The translations under genes and the position numbers were made by a program. The notes under the pieces are model-generated. The model worked only from the letters and a program-made list of their open reading frames with translations. It ran no database searches and was not told where the DNA came from. DNA of 60,802 nucleotides, the filler included. It is 5 parts of 5 records of this genome, joined end to end, with 100 filler letters (N's around TTAATTAATTAA, not from the genome) between each part and the next. Parts side by side here need not be neighbours in the genome. Positions count along the whole stretch, not along the records: positions 35,055 to 42,655 come from DRR378314_525; positions 42,756 to 55,381 come from DRR378314_526; 3 more parts are not named here. One strand, written 5' to 3'. Shown here one piece after another: positions 35,850-47,175 of the stretch (positions are counted from its first letter, which is position 1; the number at the start of each line of letters is the position of its first letter).

Positions 35850-38800
35850 CATCACTGCCCAGCCACCTTTTCCCCACTATCGTAACGTAGCGTACCGGAG
35901 CGGGTGGTGGTGAGCGCGCTGGTGGACGGTGGATCGAGTACACGCGCGGTGGCTCCGCCGCGGAAAGCGCCTGATAGCGCTGAAGCTCGTCCGCAATCGC
36001 GTCGAATGTACCGCGACGAGCATGCTTCGTGCGCGCGAGAGAGAGCGCGGAAATCTCCCCGATAACGGTCGATCCTCTCAGACTGCGCTGGCGGTGATCC
36101 TGGCGTTTGTACCTGAACGCGCGCGCATCCGCACACGGGACCAAGAGGTTGTAGAAGTAGAGAAGAGAGAGCTACAGTGACGCACAAGTCTCTCTCGCTT
36201 GGTGATGCGGGATTCCTACGCTATGTTTTATACATTTTCTTTAGCCTTATTCGCTTTAACACATCTTCTTGTTGTCTAATTCCGCGATATTTGGGTTTGA
36301 TGCGCATCGGTCATTGTGTCTACGCTAGGCTCAATCTCAAGTCGAAATACCTACGAAATAGGTCCGAGGAAACTAGTCGCTCGCGTATCGTTTCCCAGTA
36401 CTCTCCATAATCCCGACTGCTAACACTTGTTCGTGAATCCTCCTGATAAGATGTTATGTACAATGCAAGACAGGAAGAAACAGGAGAAGAGCCTGTGTGA
36501 GATGATGCGAGACACGCGCTTGTCACGCTGGCATCGCGAGCACTTATAGTCCGTAGGAAGGAAGCAACCGAGCCCCGTAGGTCCTCGACTCTACAATACT
36601 CCTCAGCGACTCTCTCCACAATATTTTCTTATGAAACACTGATACGTATTAAGAGAGAACGTCCTTCTTTTTCTCTCCCTCTTTTTGCGCGCGCGAGGAC
36701 GCGGGACGGACGCACTTCGGTCCTCTCGAGCAGCGACGAAGTTGCCTTGTGGAACGTTTCCCTTAGCCCTTGTTCCTCAACCCTCTCTGGCGCAGACCAG
36801 AGGCGAGCGAGGTCCGTCTCCAACGCAGCATACACGTACTTGACGTCCTCGTGCATCTGCACAACGAATGAAAAAGTGCACACGTTGAACAAAAGAACAG
36901 TGTCAAGGTAAACCGGTGAGTGACGGAAGCGATCGGTACATTCGTTAAGAAAATGGGGTGGAGAGCAGAGTTGCCTTCTTCTTTTTCTCTTTCAAGTCGC
37001 TGCTGAGCGAGCGGACTGCAGAGTTCTGGTATCCACGCACAGAGGAATGCAGGACCGTGCGCTGCGCGCCCCGATGCTTCCCGTCAATATCGACGATTAT
37101 ATCGAACTTTCTTTTCCTGAATACCACAAATGCACGGAGTAGGAACACGGCCGTGTCAGAGCGGTATGTGTCGGCGTTGAGGTGCACGTGACTCGTTTAC
37201 CAACCAGCAAGCAAGTGAATCCTGCTGGATCGAGCGTGCTACACTTCCCGCTCAATCGCGAGCCGTCGGTATTTTCTTGAACGTCTCATCAAGACAGGAA
37301 CAATCTTTATGGATCTGCAGCAAGATTCTGTGGGACTTTGCGCGTACAGTAAGATATTTTTTGTTGCCTTGTGATTGCAAGTGGCTTCCTGTTCACCTAG
37401 TGCAGCAGAACCCCCATGACAACCCAACAAGTAACGCAACTCCATATCATGATTCTCTTCTGGATAGCAATAAAATCGCAGTAATCATAAGCGCATGTTC
37501 GAGTAGAATATGCACGTGCGTATGCGCGCTTACGTCTGCTTGCAGAAACGTGAGCAGTAGATTGAGATTACAGGGGAAGTTTGATGCAATGCGGCCCGCT
37601 GCATCTTACCATCGCTGCTCGTGTGCAGAGTACAGTCCACGAGAAATCCCTACAAGTCGTTTCTGACTTGCACTGCGCGGTGCGAGAGAGAAAAGGAGCG
37701 AGTGTGTACGTGTACGCGTGAACTTGTGTACCTACAAGACGTATACTCAGCGACCATTGAACGAAGCTTCGAATGCACACGGTGGAAGATACTCACAAAG
37801 ATGCGCCATGACACGACAAGACGCTTCGTGCCTCTCACTTCCTATTTCCTGCACCGTATCCGGTCTGCGCAGTCGATACCATTGGTGGGTTGCCGGGAAT
37901 ACCGCCCATCATCGCGCAGGGACGAGTGGGCTATGAGCAGGAATGCAACTTCACTCCCTCTTACTATCTTTCTTGCTCTCTCTCGCTCCCATTTCCTTCT
38001 CGCTTTCGCACGCAAAATAAAACTTGCGCGAGATGCCAAGAGCAGAAGTGGTGCGTACTGGGGCTCGCCAATGTATGTATCCAGCAAAGTTTCCACCTCG
38101 CCGCTCGCTCCGTGTAGAGGAAATACGAGCAAAGGCAGCGCGAGAACGCATTCGGTGAGGACGCCGAGCTTCGCGCCGACGAGCATGACGCGGAACCCCG
38201 CCGCCACCGCGACCCACAGCGCCACCATAGCGCGTGCACCGACAGCATTGACTGCATTCGGAATCGCACACAAACGGAAAGAACGACATGTTACTAGAGA
38301 GCTGGAAGACGCTATTCGTTACGAGAAAAGTAGGCGCACTTGTTGAGGAAAAAAGGTACAGGTCTCGGGCAAACCGAGCATTCGTCCACGCGAGGAGCGA
38401 CGCGGACTTTCGCCCACTACCCGCTCGCCAAACGCACAGAGGGTGACAAGGCTGCATCCTCCGCACTCGTCTTCTTCGAGAAACGGGATGTGGACTGGAA
38501 CTCGAGATCCCCATAGAGTAAAGTGGCCGTTTTCAGATTGAATAAATCGCGCATTCGTGTTCTTCCACAGACGCAGTAGAGACGTTGCGAGGAGCGAAGC
38601 ACGCATTCCCTGGGAAAAAGTGGACAGAGCGCGCAAGGAGCGCCCGAGGAGGCACATACCAATCACAAGTCCCCCGCACGTGGAGCTCCACCTCAGTCTT
38701 ACATTTCCTCTTAGCGTATTGCGTCTATGTTGCGAATTGAATCGGACGTTCGGAGCCCAGGGAAGGAGCTGAGCGCATGCCTAACAGCAATGAAAGCACA

Positions 38801-40000
38801 TCGAGTTCGGCACGTACCTCCGCGAGGTTCCGCGCCACGTGGTCCAACACGGCAGTGGCGAGAGGTCGCAGCAAATCGAAATATGGTAAATAAGAGACCA
38901 CGCATACGCCTCGTTGTAACATTTTTCCGGGACGAGATGCGTCTGGGTACGCCCGGAAGGCACTCTGGACAAAAAACTGTTGTGTGGAATCGCCACGTAG
39001 TTCGCCTTGCACAGAGGAGATTTCGGCAGCAACGCAACGAACAAGAGTTTAGCTTCCCCCTTTTGATGAACCCGGGAGTATCGTACCATGGCTGCAGTCG
39101 TTGTACCTCCAAGCCTCTGAATCTCTGCAAGCCATTTGCATTGGACTTGGCGTACCTCTGTTTGCGCGCGGTGCACTACCTTCGAGGATGGAAGATGCGC
39201 TGTCGACTTTGGTGGATGGCTCGCATCTCGGCACACAGACGTTGGCCAACGCGTCTGGCGCGACTCGACTCGCTATGTGCTGATAGGCGGGAGAAGGAAT
39301 CGCCAGGATAAGGCGATGCGGGCCGAGTTCTTTCCTCTCTGATTAAGACGTTGGAATAATTTGTGTGTGATAGGCGAGGAAGTACGATCAGTACGTTGGG
39401 CACTTTCATTTGTGTGCCGTTGCACACTTGGCAAAATAGAGAGCGTTTGCTTGACGAGCGTTGCTGCGCGCAAATCACAATGCACTACGCTTTCAATGGT
39501 ACGGAAATGCGGTTATCTATGCCTGTATCTGTCTCTGCGTGCGCACGAATATACGCCATTTGCTGGCTTACTGTGAGCTCTAAGTTCATCTGGACTCCTT
39601 CGTCGAGACTGCGCAAATGTAAGCGCAAAGGAGAGAGCCGAAATGGCTTCTTCCCGCGAATTCCCACGCGTGCACGAACCACGCGCATCTCAAAGCGACG
39701 AGAGTGCAAGGACAGTGCCCGTGCTTGAAATCCTCCTCGGATAGGCATCGCATGGACCACTATCCTATCACAATACACATCCCACTGTTGGAAAAAGGAT
39801 ATGAATACTGACTGAAGTAGAAGCAGGGGGACGCATTTGGCGTTCATCGCTGCACGTACCGTATACGGCAATGCACTTGACAAGGGTAGGAGGAGAGTGC
39901 GGGAACGCGCCGGTATCTTCCATAGAAATGACAGACACGCAATCGGAATCTGCTTTTTTTCGCGACGAAGAATCCTTCCGTATGGTACCTCCTGCCTACC
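35850..40000 (-). CDS. Divergent DENN-domain protein (DENND6/AVL9/Afi1-like Rab GEF), multi-exon, boundaries approximate
   Basis: Exon translations DALANVCVP (about 39180-39280), FFVQSAFRAYPDASRPGKMLQRGVCVVSYLPYFDLLRPLA (about 38820-39000; uDENN-like) and MVALWVAVAAGFRVMLVGAKLGVLTECVLALPLLVFPL (about 38110-38230; cDENN-like). Confidence 0.55.
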
Positions 40001-40792
40001 TGGTGTGCTTCAAGAGAGAAAATGTGATAGTGGTTAAATATAAGCGAGAACAAGATCGAGAGATATGTTAACGGAGAGTCAGAGCCACCTGCACATCATC
40101 GGGTTTGCCGACGCGGAATCGACGTTCTTGCACGCTGCGTTCTCGAAAAAGGTACCATCGGTAGCAATCCACCATCGATTGTGCACACGTACGTTTGCTT
40201 GCTCGGCTACTATCGTGCTTGAATAAGTATTTTTTGAAGTGGTCTGTTTTTCTAACTCGTGCCACTTGTGCCATACGCAGCCGTGGGTGTGGTCGGCAAC
40301 ATCCACCGTGCCGGCATCCTTCACTCGACGCGTCCACCCCTGCGCTCCCACGCGCGCTCTTGCTGCCAAATTTGGCAGGTCGCCCTACCGAGCAGCCTCG
40401 ATAGCGAACCCGGCGAAAAGGCGCGCGGTGCACGGCGACGCTCGTGTCTGTTGAGGTTTTCCTTGAGCATCCTTTGGATTTGTCCGGGCAACCGCGCGAT
40501 CATTAGAGGTAAACGCATGGTTCAAATTGACTCTGCTATGATTGGATTTCGTTTGCGGAGTTATACTCGGGATGATGCTGTCTCCCCAGGGCGTTTCCCC
40601 TCGGTTGTGGATTGTTTCGTAAGTGCTGGTGCCATTTCTTTCCATGCCTCGCGGTGCACACATGTCTCGTCTGCTTCGTCCCGCTACCGATTCAAAGAGG
40701 CTACCTCCCGTCCCTTTATTGACACTTTTCCTTCCGAAATACGTATATTATATCGTCTCATTTTGTGCCGTGTGTACGGTCCCGCAGCTTGC

Positions 40793-41735
40793 ATGCAAGA
40801 TACGGAAAAGAGTACTCGCGACTCGAGTGCGCAGCCCACCGCGTCGAGCTCTGGCGAACCGAGCCACCACGATTCGGCGTCGCCTTCAGCTGCCTCCAGC
40901 TCTGGAAACAACAAGTACGTGTTCCGATTTCTGGGGACTCGCAGCTGATAGACTGCAGCTCCTATTTACCACAGCCGCGCAAAGACAGTCTTCTTGTTAC
41001 GCGTGTAAAACGGAGGCTTTCTTTGGCTGGTTTCACAGCACGCGGAGCGCGCACGAGTGAAACGCTGTGTGGTCTGCGCTCTGCGAGGACGCTGCTTGCT
41101 CTCGTTTGCTCTGCGTTTCGTTGGGTCGATTGCCTTTCTGGCATGCAGCATTGCTCGCTGGATGGCGTCTCGTATGCTATACTACCATCCCATTGTTTGA
41201 AATTAGCTGTGTAATATCTGATGGTAACTGGGCCGTTGGAGAATCTTGGAAGTATACTGCACCTCGTGCGGTCGCTGAGCGGTTCTCGATCTTGATGGCT
41301 ACTGCCCGCTGCTGCAGTTCCTAAGCAGTGGAGTTGAGCGAGTGCGATTGTTGTTGTCGCCCAAAACGCGTTCCATCTCCTTTGTAGAGCAAATGAACAT
41401 ACACCGCATTACATAGAATGATTATTTGTAGCGCAAGAGTCCTCTGTAGGGCATTGTCTCATTTTTCGATTGCCCCTTTCCTTGCAACCGCACTCCGAAG
41501 GCCGCAGAGTTTGGAGGAGCAGTTTGAGTGCTTAGGTGCTGAGCTTGCTGAGCTGGAAGCCCAGTGTGCAACATGTGGGGCCACAGAGGAGCAGATTGAT
41601 CAGTACATCGATCAACTGCATCGATACAACGAAATCAAGGACGTCACGCAAGAACTATTGGGCCGACTTGCGGAGATTGAAGGGGTCACGACACGCTCCC
41701 TGTACCCGCAGTACGGACTGGACGTGAACGATTGA
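40793..41735 (+). CDS. SWI5: DNA repair protein SWI5/Sae3 homolog; conserved domain in the last exon (about 41501-41735), upstream exons tentative
   Basis: IDQYIDQLHRYNEIKDVTQELLGRLAEIEGVTTRSLYPQYGLDVND* is the Swi5 signature (LHxYNEIKD...LxGxxA). Confidence 0.88.
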
Positions 41736-42655
41736 TGCGACGCCTTGCCCGCTCGTCGTGGCAACAGCTACACAGCATTTGCCCAGCTGTTACTTTCCCA
41801 GCGAGGGTCAAAAAGAATCAATGTTGTAATTTTTACCATACAAAGACCTATGATTGTAGCACCTCCTTGTGGGGTGTCCTCGAAAATTGCCCAGAGCATG
41901 GACTGGCGTTGCACAGATACGGTTTCAGCAGGCAAGCTAGGGCACTTGGCGCTGCGGACGCTGGCGGGAAGCTGGCAGGAAGCTTGTGCGCACAGTTGGA
42001 GCTTCCACCAGCGGATGCCCCTCGCGAGTAAGGATACAGTCTTATTACTCTATACAAGCGCTTATCGGGGAAAGGAAAGATTCCTTCTCTCTTCGCGCAT
42101 TGTGAGTCGTGTATGTGAGCGGTGGCTGAGGTGGTGAGCGTGCTTTGTGAGTGGCACGCAATGGATAGCCCTACATCGATGACCACCAATTCGCTCGTCA
42201 GTTTCCGGGCAGCTGGACCACTGTGCGCTGCGCTGCAGAACGTCGAGGCGGACTGTGCCCAGGAATGCAGCATTGCATGATCACAAGTGTGTAATTTTGT
42301 CCACTTTTATGCACTTCGAATAAATCTTTTGTGGCGCCCACAGCGCTCTACGAACGCTGTGTCGGAAACGGCCGTGGGCGATAAGCCGGGTGGTGCTCGC
42401 TCCTCGCTGCGCGCGGCGCGTTCCAACTGGCAGGTGCGGAGGTGGCAGAGTGTGGAGGAATGAAAACGATCGATGCAGCTTTCCTCTACGCGTGGAAAGT
42501 ATTGCAAGAGTAAACAAGTAGTGCACTTTGTCTATCGCAATGAGACAGCGTCCCTATACGTGAAGTCCCTGTGTAGCGCATAGGATCTGCTTTCGCATTT
42601 AGGAGTGCCGTTCCGGCAGTCCCTTGAGCGCCTGAGCCTCGTCGCAGTCGCCAGG

Positions 42656-42755
42656 NNNNNNNNNNNNNNNNNNNNNNNNNNNNNNNNNNNNNNNNNNNNT
42701 TAATTAATTAANNNNNNNNNNNNNNNNNNNNNNNNNNNNNNNNNNNNNNNNNNNN
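42656..42755. other. Artificial contig spacer, at the eukaryote-to-bacterium junction
   Basis: N44 + TTAATTAATTAA + N44. Confidence 0.99.
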
Positions 42756-42785
42756 CCTTTCGCGGGCCGGGCCCGCTCCCACAAG
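42756..42785 (-). repeat. REP-like palindromic element, copy 1
   Basis: The minus strand reads CTTGTGGGAGCGGGCCCGGCCCGCGAAAGG: GTGG head plus a GCGGGC/GCCCGC stem. Near-identical to 55349-55377. Confidence 0.85.
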
Positions 42786-43775
42786 CCCACCGATCTGGTC
42801 CATCAGCGCGACCAGTTTGTCGGCGTAGGCCGGGTCGGTGGCGTAGCCGCCGTTCTGCAGAGCCTGTGCCGCCTGCTTCGCATCGGCGGCCTGCAGCACC
42901 GGCGCGTAACGCGGGTTATCACTGATCAGGCGGCCATGGTCCTCGAACGCTTCAGCGTAGGAGTCATAGACGCGGAAGCGGTCCACCACCCGGGTGCGCT
43001 GGCCGTTGATGTATTCGTGGGTGACCACCTCGGTGGTGGGGCCTTTCCAATCGGCGCCGGCCTTTATGCCGAACAGGTTATGGCTGTTGCCGCCGTTATT
43101 GGTGGGAATTTCCCGGCGTCCCCAGCCGGTTTCCAGGGCCGCCTGGGCAAGGATCAGCGGCGCCGGCATGCCGGTACGCCGGGACGCTTCCCGGGCCGGC
43201 TCCGACAGCTGGTGCACGAAGTCCGTGGGGGTGGCCGGGTTGGCGGCGCTCAGCAGCGGCGGCCGGGGCCGTTCGGTGCGCGCCACGGCGGTGGCAGCGC
43301 CGGCATCGTCCATCGCGGCGGTATCGCCTTTGGAAGCGCCTGCCGCAGGGTCGCCTGCCGCAGGGTCGCCTGCCGCAGGATCCACGCCGGGCAGGCGGCG
43401 CGGCTCGCCGCGCGGAATGGCGTCCAGCGGCGACGCGCCGCTGGCGGCCCGGGCGGCGTCCGCGGAAGTGCCCTTACCGGAAAGCTGCGCCACCAGCTGG
43501 TCCGCCAGGCCCAGACCGCGACCGGCCATGTGCTGGGACATCTGCTGATCGAACAGCGATTGATAAAAACGCATCTGCGAGCTGTCGGTGAGCTCCGAAC
43601 GCGGCGAGGCGTCGCGCATGCTCTTGATTATGCGGTGCAGGAACAGCGCCTCGAACTGCTCGGCGGCGCTGCGCAGCTGTTTTTGCGGGTCGCGGGCGGC
43701 GCTGTGCTTGAGCCGGTCGAGGCCCTGCACGTCCAGCGCGAACTGACCCTGTATGGAACCGTCCAGACCGGCCAT
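42756..43775 (-). CDS. flgJ: Flagellar rod assembly protein / peptidoglycan hydrolase FlgJ; no stop codon before the contig end
   Basis: N-terminal rod-binding motif AAEQFEALFL...KSMRDA; C-terminal GH73 motifs LAQAALETGWG, NLFGIKA and GYATDPAYA. Confidence 0.97.
43337..43380 (-). repeat. 15-bp tandem repeat, three copies, encoding (D)PAAG in the FlgJ linker
   Basis: Plus strand cgcctgccgcagggt cgcctgccgcagggt cgcctgccgcagga. Confidence 0.9.
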
Positions 43776-44890
43776 CAGATAATCTCCAGTTCCGCGCGCA
43801 GGGCCCCGGAGGCTTTCAGCGCTTCCAGTATCGACATCAGCTCCTGGGGCGTGGCGCCCAGCGCGTTGAGGGCGTCCACCACTTCCATCAGGTCGGCGCC
43901 TTCGACGAACTGCAGCGAACCCTGTTGCTGCTGAATGCTGATATCGCTGTCGGGCACCACGGCGGTCTCACCGTCGCCGAACGGGGCCGGCTGGCTGACG
44001 CCGAATTCGGTGTCGATCACCACCGACAGGTTGCCGTGGGCCACTGCCGCCGGTTTCAGGGTGACGCGGCCGTTCAGCACCACCGAACCGGTGCGCGCGT
44101 TGATGATCACCTTGGCGGGGGCGTCCGTTGGCGTCACGTAGACACGCTCCACCCGCGCCATGAAACTGACCCGGTCGTTTTCGTTCTCGGGGCCGCGCAA
44201 CTGAATGGTGCGGGCGTTGCGGGCCGCCGCCACGGTGCTGCCGAATTCCTGGTTGATGGCGCGCACGGCGCGCTCGGCGGTGCCGAAGTCGGCGGTCTTC
44301 AATTGCAGTTCCAGCAGCCCGCCGTTGGCGCCCAGCTGCAGCGGCACTTCCCGCTCCACCACCGCACCGCCGGCGATACGGCCGCTGGCCTGCTGGTTGA
44401 TCTGCACGCTGCTGCCGCCGGCTTCGGCGCCGGCGCCGCCGATCAGCAGGTTGCCCTGGGCCAGCGCGTAGGTGGCACCGTCGGCGCCTTTCAGCGGCGT
44501 CATCAGCAGGGTGCCGCCGCGCAGGCTGCGGGCGTTACCGATCGACGACACCACCACGTCGATGCGCTGGCCGGGGGCCGAGAACGGCGGCAGGTCAGCG
44601 GTCACCATCACGCCGGCCACGTTGCGCAACTGCATGTTGGTGCCGGGCGGAATCGCAATGCCCAGCTGCGAGAACATATTGGTCAGGCTTTGCGTGGTGA
44701 ACGGGGTCTGCATGGTCTGGTCGCCGGAGCCGTCCAGGCCCACCACCAGGCCGTAGCCCACCAGCACGTTATCGCGCACCCCGGAAAAGTCCGCCAGCTC
44801 GCGCAGGGGTTCCGCCCGCGCCGGCGAGCTGAACGCGCTCAGCAGCAGCCCCAGCGATAATGTCAGCGCGACCAGACGCAACCGTGCCAT
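43775..44890 (-). CDS. flgI: Flagellar P-ring protein FlgI
   Basis: GVRDNVLVGYGLVVGLDGSGD...ILEALKASGALRAELEII with a signal peptide. ATG 44890 is preceded by GGAG, and the stop overlaps the flgJ start (TGATG). Confidence 0.97.
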   Translation of the reverse strand: MARLRLVALTLSLGLLLSAFSSPARAEPLRELADFSGVRDNVLVGYGLVVGLDGSGDQTMQTPFTTQSLTNMFSQLGIAIPPGTNMQLRNVAGVMVTADLPPFSAPGQRIDVVVSSIGNARSLRGGTLLMTPLKGADGATYALAQGNLLIGGAGAEAGGSSVQINQQASGRIAGGAVVEREVPLQLGANGGLLELQLKTADFGTAERAVRAINQEFGSTVAAARNARTIQLRGPENENDRVSFMARVERVYVTPTDAPAKVIINARTGSVVLNGRVTLKPAAVAHGNLSVVIDTEFGVSQPAPFGDGETAVVPDSDISIQQQQGSLQFVEGADLMEVVDALNALGATPQELMSILEALKASGALRAELEII

Positions 44891-44907
44891 GACCGTCACT
44901 CCCATGT

Positions 44908-45600
44908 TCAAAACGGCGAAATGTTCAGGAAGAAGCGCTGCAGCCAGCCCATGTGCTGCGCCTCGTTGATGTACCCGTCGCCCACGTACTCGATGCGCGC
45001 GTCCGCCACCTGGGTGGACGGCACCGTGTTGGTGTCGGAAATCTCCAGTGGATCCACCACCCCGGAGAAGCGGATGAATTCGGTGCCCTGGTTGATCAGA
45101 ATCTGCTTCTCGCCGCGCACGCGCAGATTGCCGTTGGTGAGCACTTCCAGCACCGTCACCGTGATGGTGCCGGTGAAGGTGTTCTCCGCCTGGGAGCCGC
45201 CGCCGCCTTCGAAGTCGTTCTCGCCGGTGAGGTCGAAGCCGTAGTCGCTCAGATCCTCCAGGCCGGTGGGTACGGTGGTGGGCGTAAAGGAAGCGGAGCC
45301 GCTGCGGTCGGCGTTGCTCTGCGAGCTTTTGCTGGCGCTCACCTGCTCGTTGACCATCACCGTCAGCACGTCGCCCACCGCGCGCGGCCGGCGGTCCTCG
45401 AACAGCGGGTTCTGGCCGCGCCCGGCCTGGTAGATGGAACCGTTGGACAGCGCCGGCGGCGGTTGGGGAATTTCCACGCTTTCCTGCTCGCCGACCACCG
45501 AGGGCTGCGGCAGTTGCGCGCAGCCGCCCAGCGCCAGCAGCAACACCACGATACCGATGCGGCAATGTTTAACGATGGCGTCCACCAGGGTCTCCCGCAT
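44908..45600 (-). CDS. flgH: Flagellar L-ring lipoprotein FlgH
   Basis: Lipobox [43 protein letters not shown]. Confidence 0.97.
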   Translation of the reverse strand: MRETLVDAIVKHCRIGIVVLLLALGGCAQLPQPSVVGEQESVEIPQPPPALSNGSIYQAGRGQNPLFEDRRPRAVGDVLTVMVNEQVSASKSSQSNADRSGSASFTPTTVPTGLEDLSDYGFDLTGENDFEGGGGSQAENTFTGTITVTVLEVLTNGNLRVRGEKQILINQGTEFIRFSGVVDPLEISDTNTVPSTQVADARIEYVGDGYINEAQHMGWLQRFFLNISPF

Positions 45601-45605
45601 CAGGA

Positions 45606-46388
45606 TCAGAGCTGCGCCAGACGGGACAGCATTTCGTCGGAGGTTTTCACCGCCTTGCTGTTGATTTCGTAGGCGCGCTGGGTCTGGATCATGTTGACCA
45701 TTTCCTCCACCACATTGACGTTGGAGGTTTCCACATAGGACTGGTACAGGCCGCCCGCGCCGTTCATGCCGGGCATGCTTTCGGTGCGCATGCCGGAGGC
45801 GGTGGTTTCCAGGTAGAGGTTCTCGCCGATGCTTTCCAGGCCGGCGGGATTGACGAAGGTGGACACGGTCAGCTGGCCCACTTCCACGCTCTGGCTGGAA
45901 CCCGGCTCGGTAACGGTGACCAGGCCGTCCTTGCCGATGCTTACCGACAGGGCGTTTTCGGGAATCATCACCGCCGGCTCCAGCGGGTAGCCGCTGGACG
46001 TGACCATCTGGCCGTTCTGGTCGAGCTGGAAGCTGCCGTCACGGGTAAAGGCCACGTTGCCGTCGGGCATGCGCACCTGGAAGAAGCCCTTGCCGTTGAT
46101 CGCCAGATCGCGGGAGTTGCCGGTGTTCTCCAGGCCGCCCTGGCTGTGCAGCCGCTCAGTGGCCACCGGGCGCACGCCGCTGCCCACCTGCATGCCGGAC
46201 GGCAGGGTGTTCTGCACGTCGTTGGCGCCGCCGGGCTGGCGCAGGTTCTGGTACAGCAGGTCTTCGAACACCGCGCGGGATTTCTTGAAGCCGTTGGTGC
46301 TGACGTTGGCCAGGTTGTTGGATATCACATCCATTTTGACCTGCTGGGATTCCAGACCGGTCTTGGCCGTCCACAAGGATTTAATCAT
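45606..46388 (-). CDS. flgG: Flagellar distal rod protein FlgG
   Basis: [12 protein letters not shown]...[14 protein letters not shown]...[22 protein letters not shown]; 260 aa. Confidence 0.98.
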   Translation of the reverse strand: MIKSLWTAKTGLESQQVKMDVISNNLANVSTNGFKKSRAVFEDLLYQNLRQPGGANDVQNTLPSGMQVGSGVRPVATERLHSQGGLENTGNSRDLAINGKGFFQVRMPDGNVAFTRDGSFQLDQNGQMVTSSGYPLEPAVMIPENALSVSIGKDGLVTVTEPGSSQSVEVGQLTVSTFVNPAGLESIGENLYLETTASGMRTESMPGMNGAGGLYQSYVETSNVNVVEEMVNMIQTQRAYEINSKAVKTSDEMLSRLAQL

Positions 46389-46416
46389 TGGGTTCCCCTC
46401 CGCCTGGCTGCCAGGC

Positions 46417-47154
46417 TTACTGGATCGACAGCAGACTGTCCGCGCGCTGCGCGTTCTGGTCCGCGGTGTCGATCACCTTCATCTGCATTTCGTAGCGGCG
46501 ACCGTTGTCGATCATCGCCACCATGGATTCCACCGGGCTGACGTTGCTGCCTTCCAGGGCGCCGGACACCAGCCGGGCGTTCTCGTCCATGGGCAGGGCG
46601 CCATCAGGGCCACGGAACAGACCGTCTTCACCGCGCTGCAGATCGCCTTCGCCACCGTTGACCAGCTTGACGCGGCCGATCTGCACCAGCGCATCCGGAT
46701 CCTCACCGGCGCCGATGGCACTGAGGGTGCCGTCGGCGCCCATGGACAGCTTGGCGCCCAGCGGCACGATGATCGGCCCGCCTTCGCCGATCACCGGACG
46801 GCCGGCGCTGTTGAGCACGCCGTCGCCGTCCACCTGCAGGTCGCCGCGGCGGGTGTAGGCTTCGTCACCGTTGGTGGCCTGCACCGCCAGCCAGGCGTCG
46901 CCCTGCATGGCCACGTCCAGATCACGGCCGGTGGCGTTCATGGGTCCGGCGCTGAAATCGGCGCCCGGCGTGGACGCCATCACCGAGGTGCGCGTGGCCA
47001 GGGCACCGTCGCCCTGCACCGGCACCGCGCGCAGTGCCTGCATCTGCCCACGGAAGCCGGTGGTGGAGGCGTTCGCCAGGTTGTTACTGACCACCGATTG
47101 CTGGTCCATGCTCTGGCGCGCGCCGCTCATGGCGGTGTAAAGAATGCGATCCAT
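46417..47154 (-). CDS. flgF: Flagellar proximal rod protein FlgF
   Basis: [12 protein letters not shown]...[12 protein letters not shown]...[13 protein letters not shown]. Confidence 0.98.
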   Translation of the reverse strand: MDRILYTAMSGARQSMDQQSVVSNNLANASTTGFRGQMQALRAVPVQGDGALATRTSVMASTPGADFSAGPMNATGRDLDVAMQGDAWLAVQATNGDEAYTRRGDLQVDGDGVLNSAGRPVIGEGGPIIVPLGAKLSMGADGTLSAIGAGEDPDALVQIGRVKLVNGGEGDLQRGEDGLFRGPDGALPMDENARLVSGALEGSNVSPVESMVAMIDNGRRYEMQMKVIDTADQNAQRADSLLSIQ

Positions 47155-47175
47155 CCGGGCTCTCCTGTAACGCGA

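Noticed and set aside
1..42655. Alternative genetic code or non-canonical introns in the eukaryote
   Set aside because: The genes I could reconstruct (RPL15, HECT, REEP, polymerase core) splice with GT-AG and end at standard stops. In-frame stops fall within introns.
44891..45565. 596-aa extended FlgI from the ORF track
   Set aside because: The extension overlaps flgH in another frame. The ribosome-binding site and signal peptide support the start at 44890.
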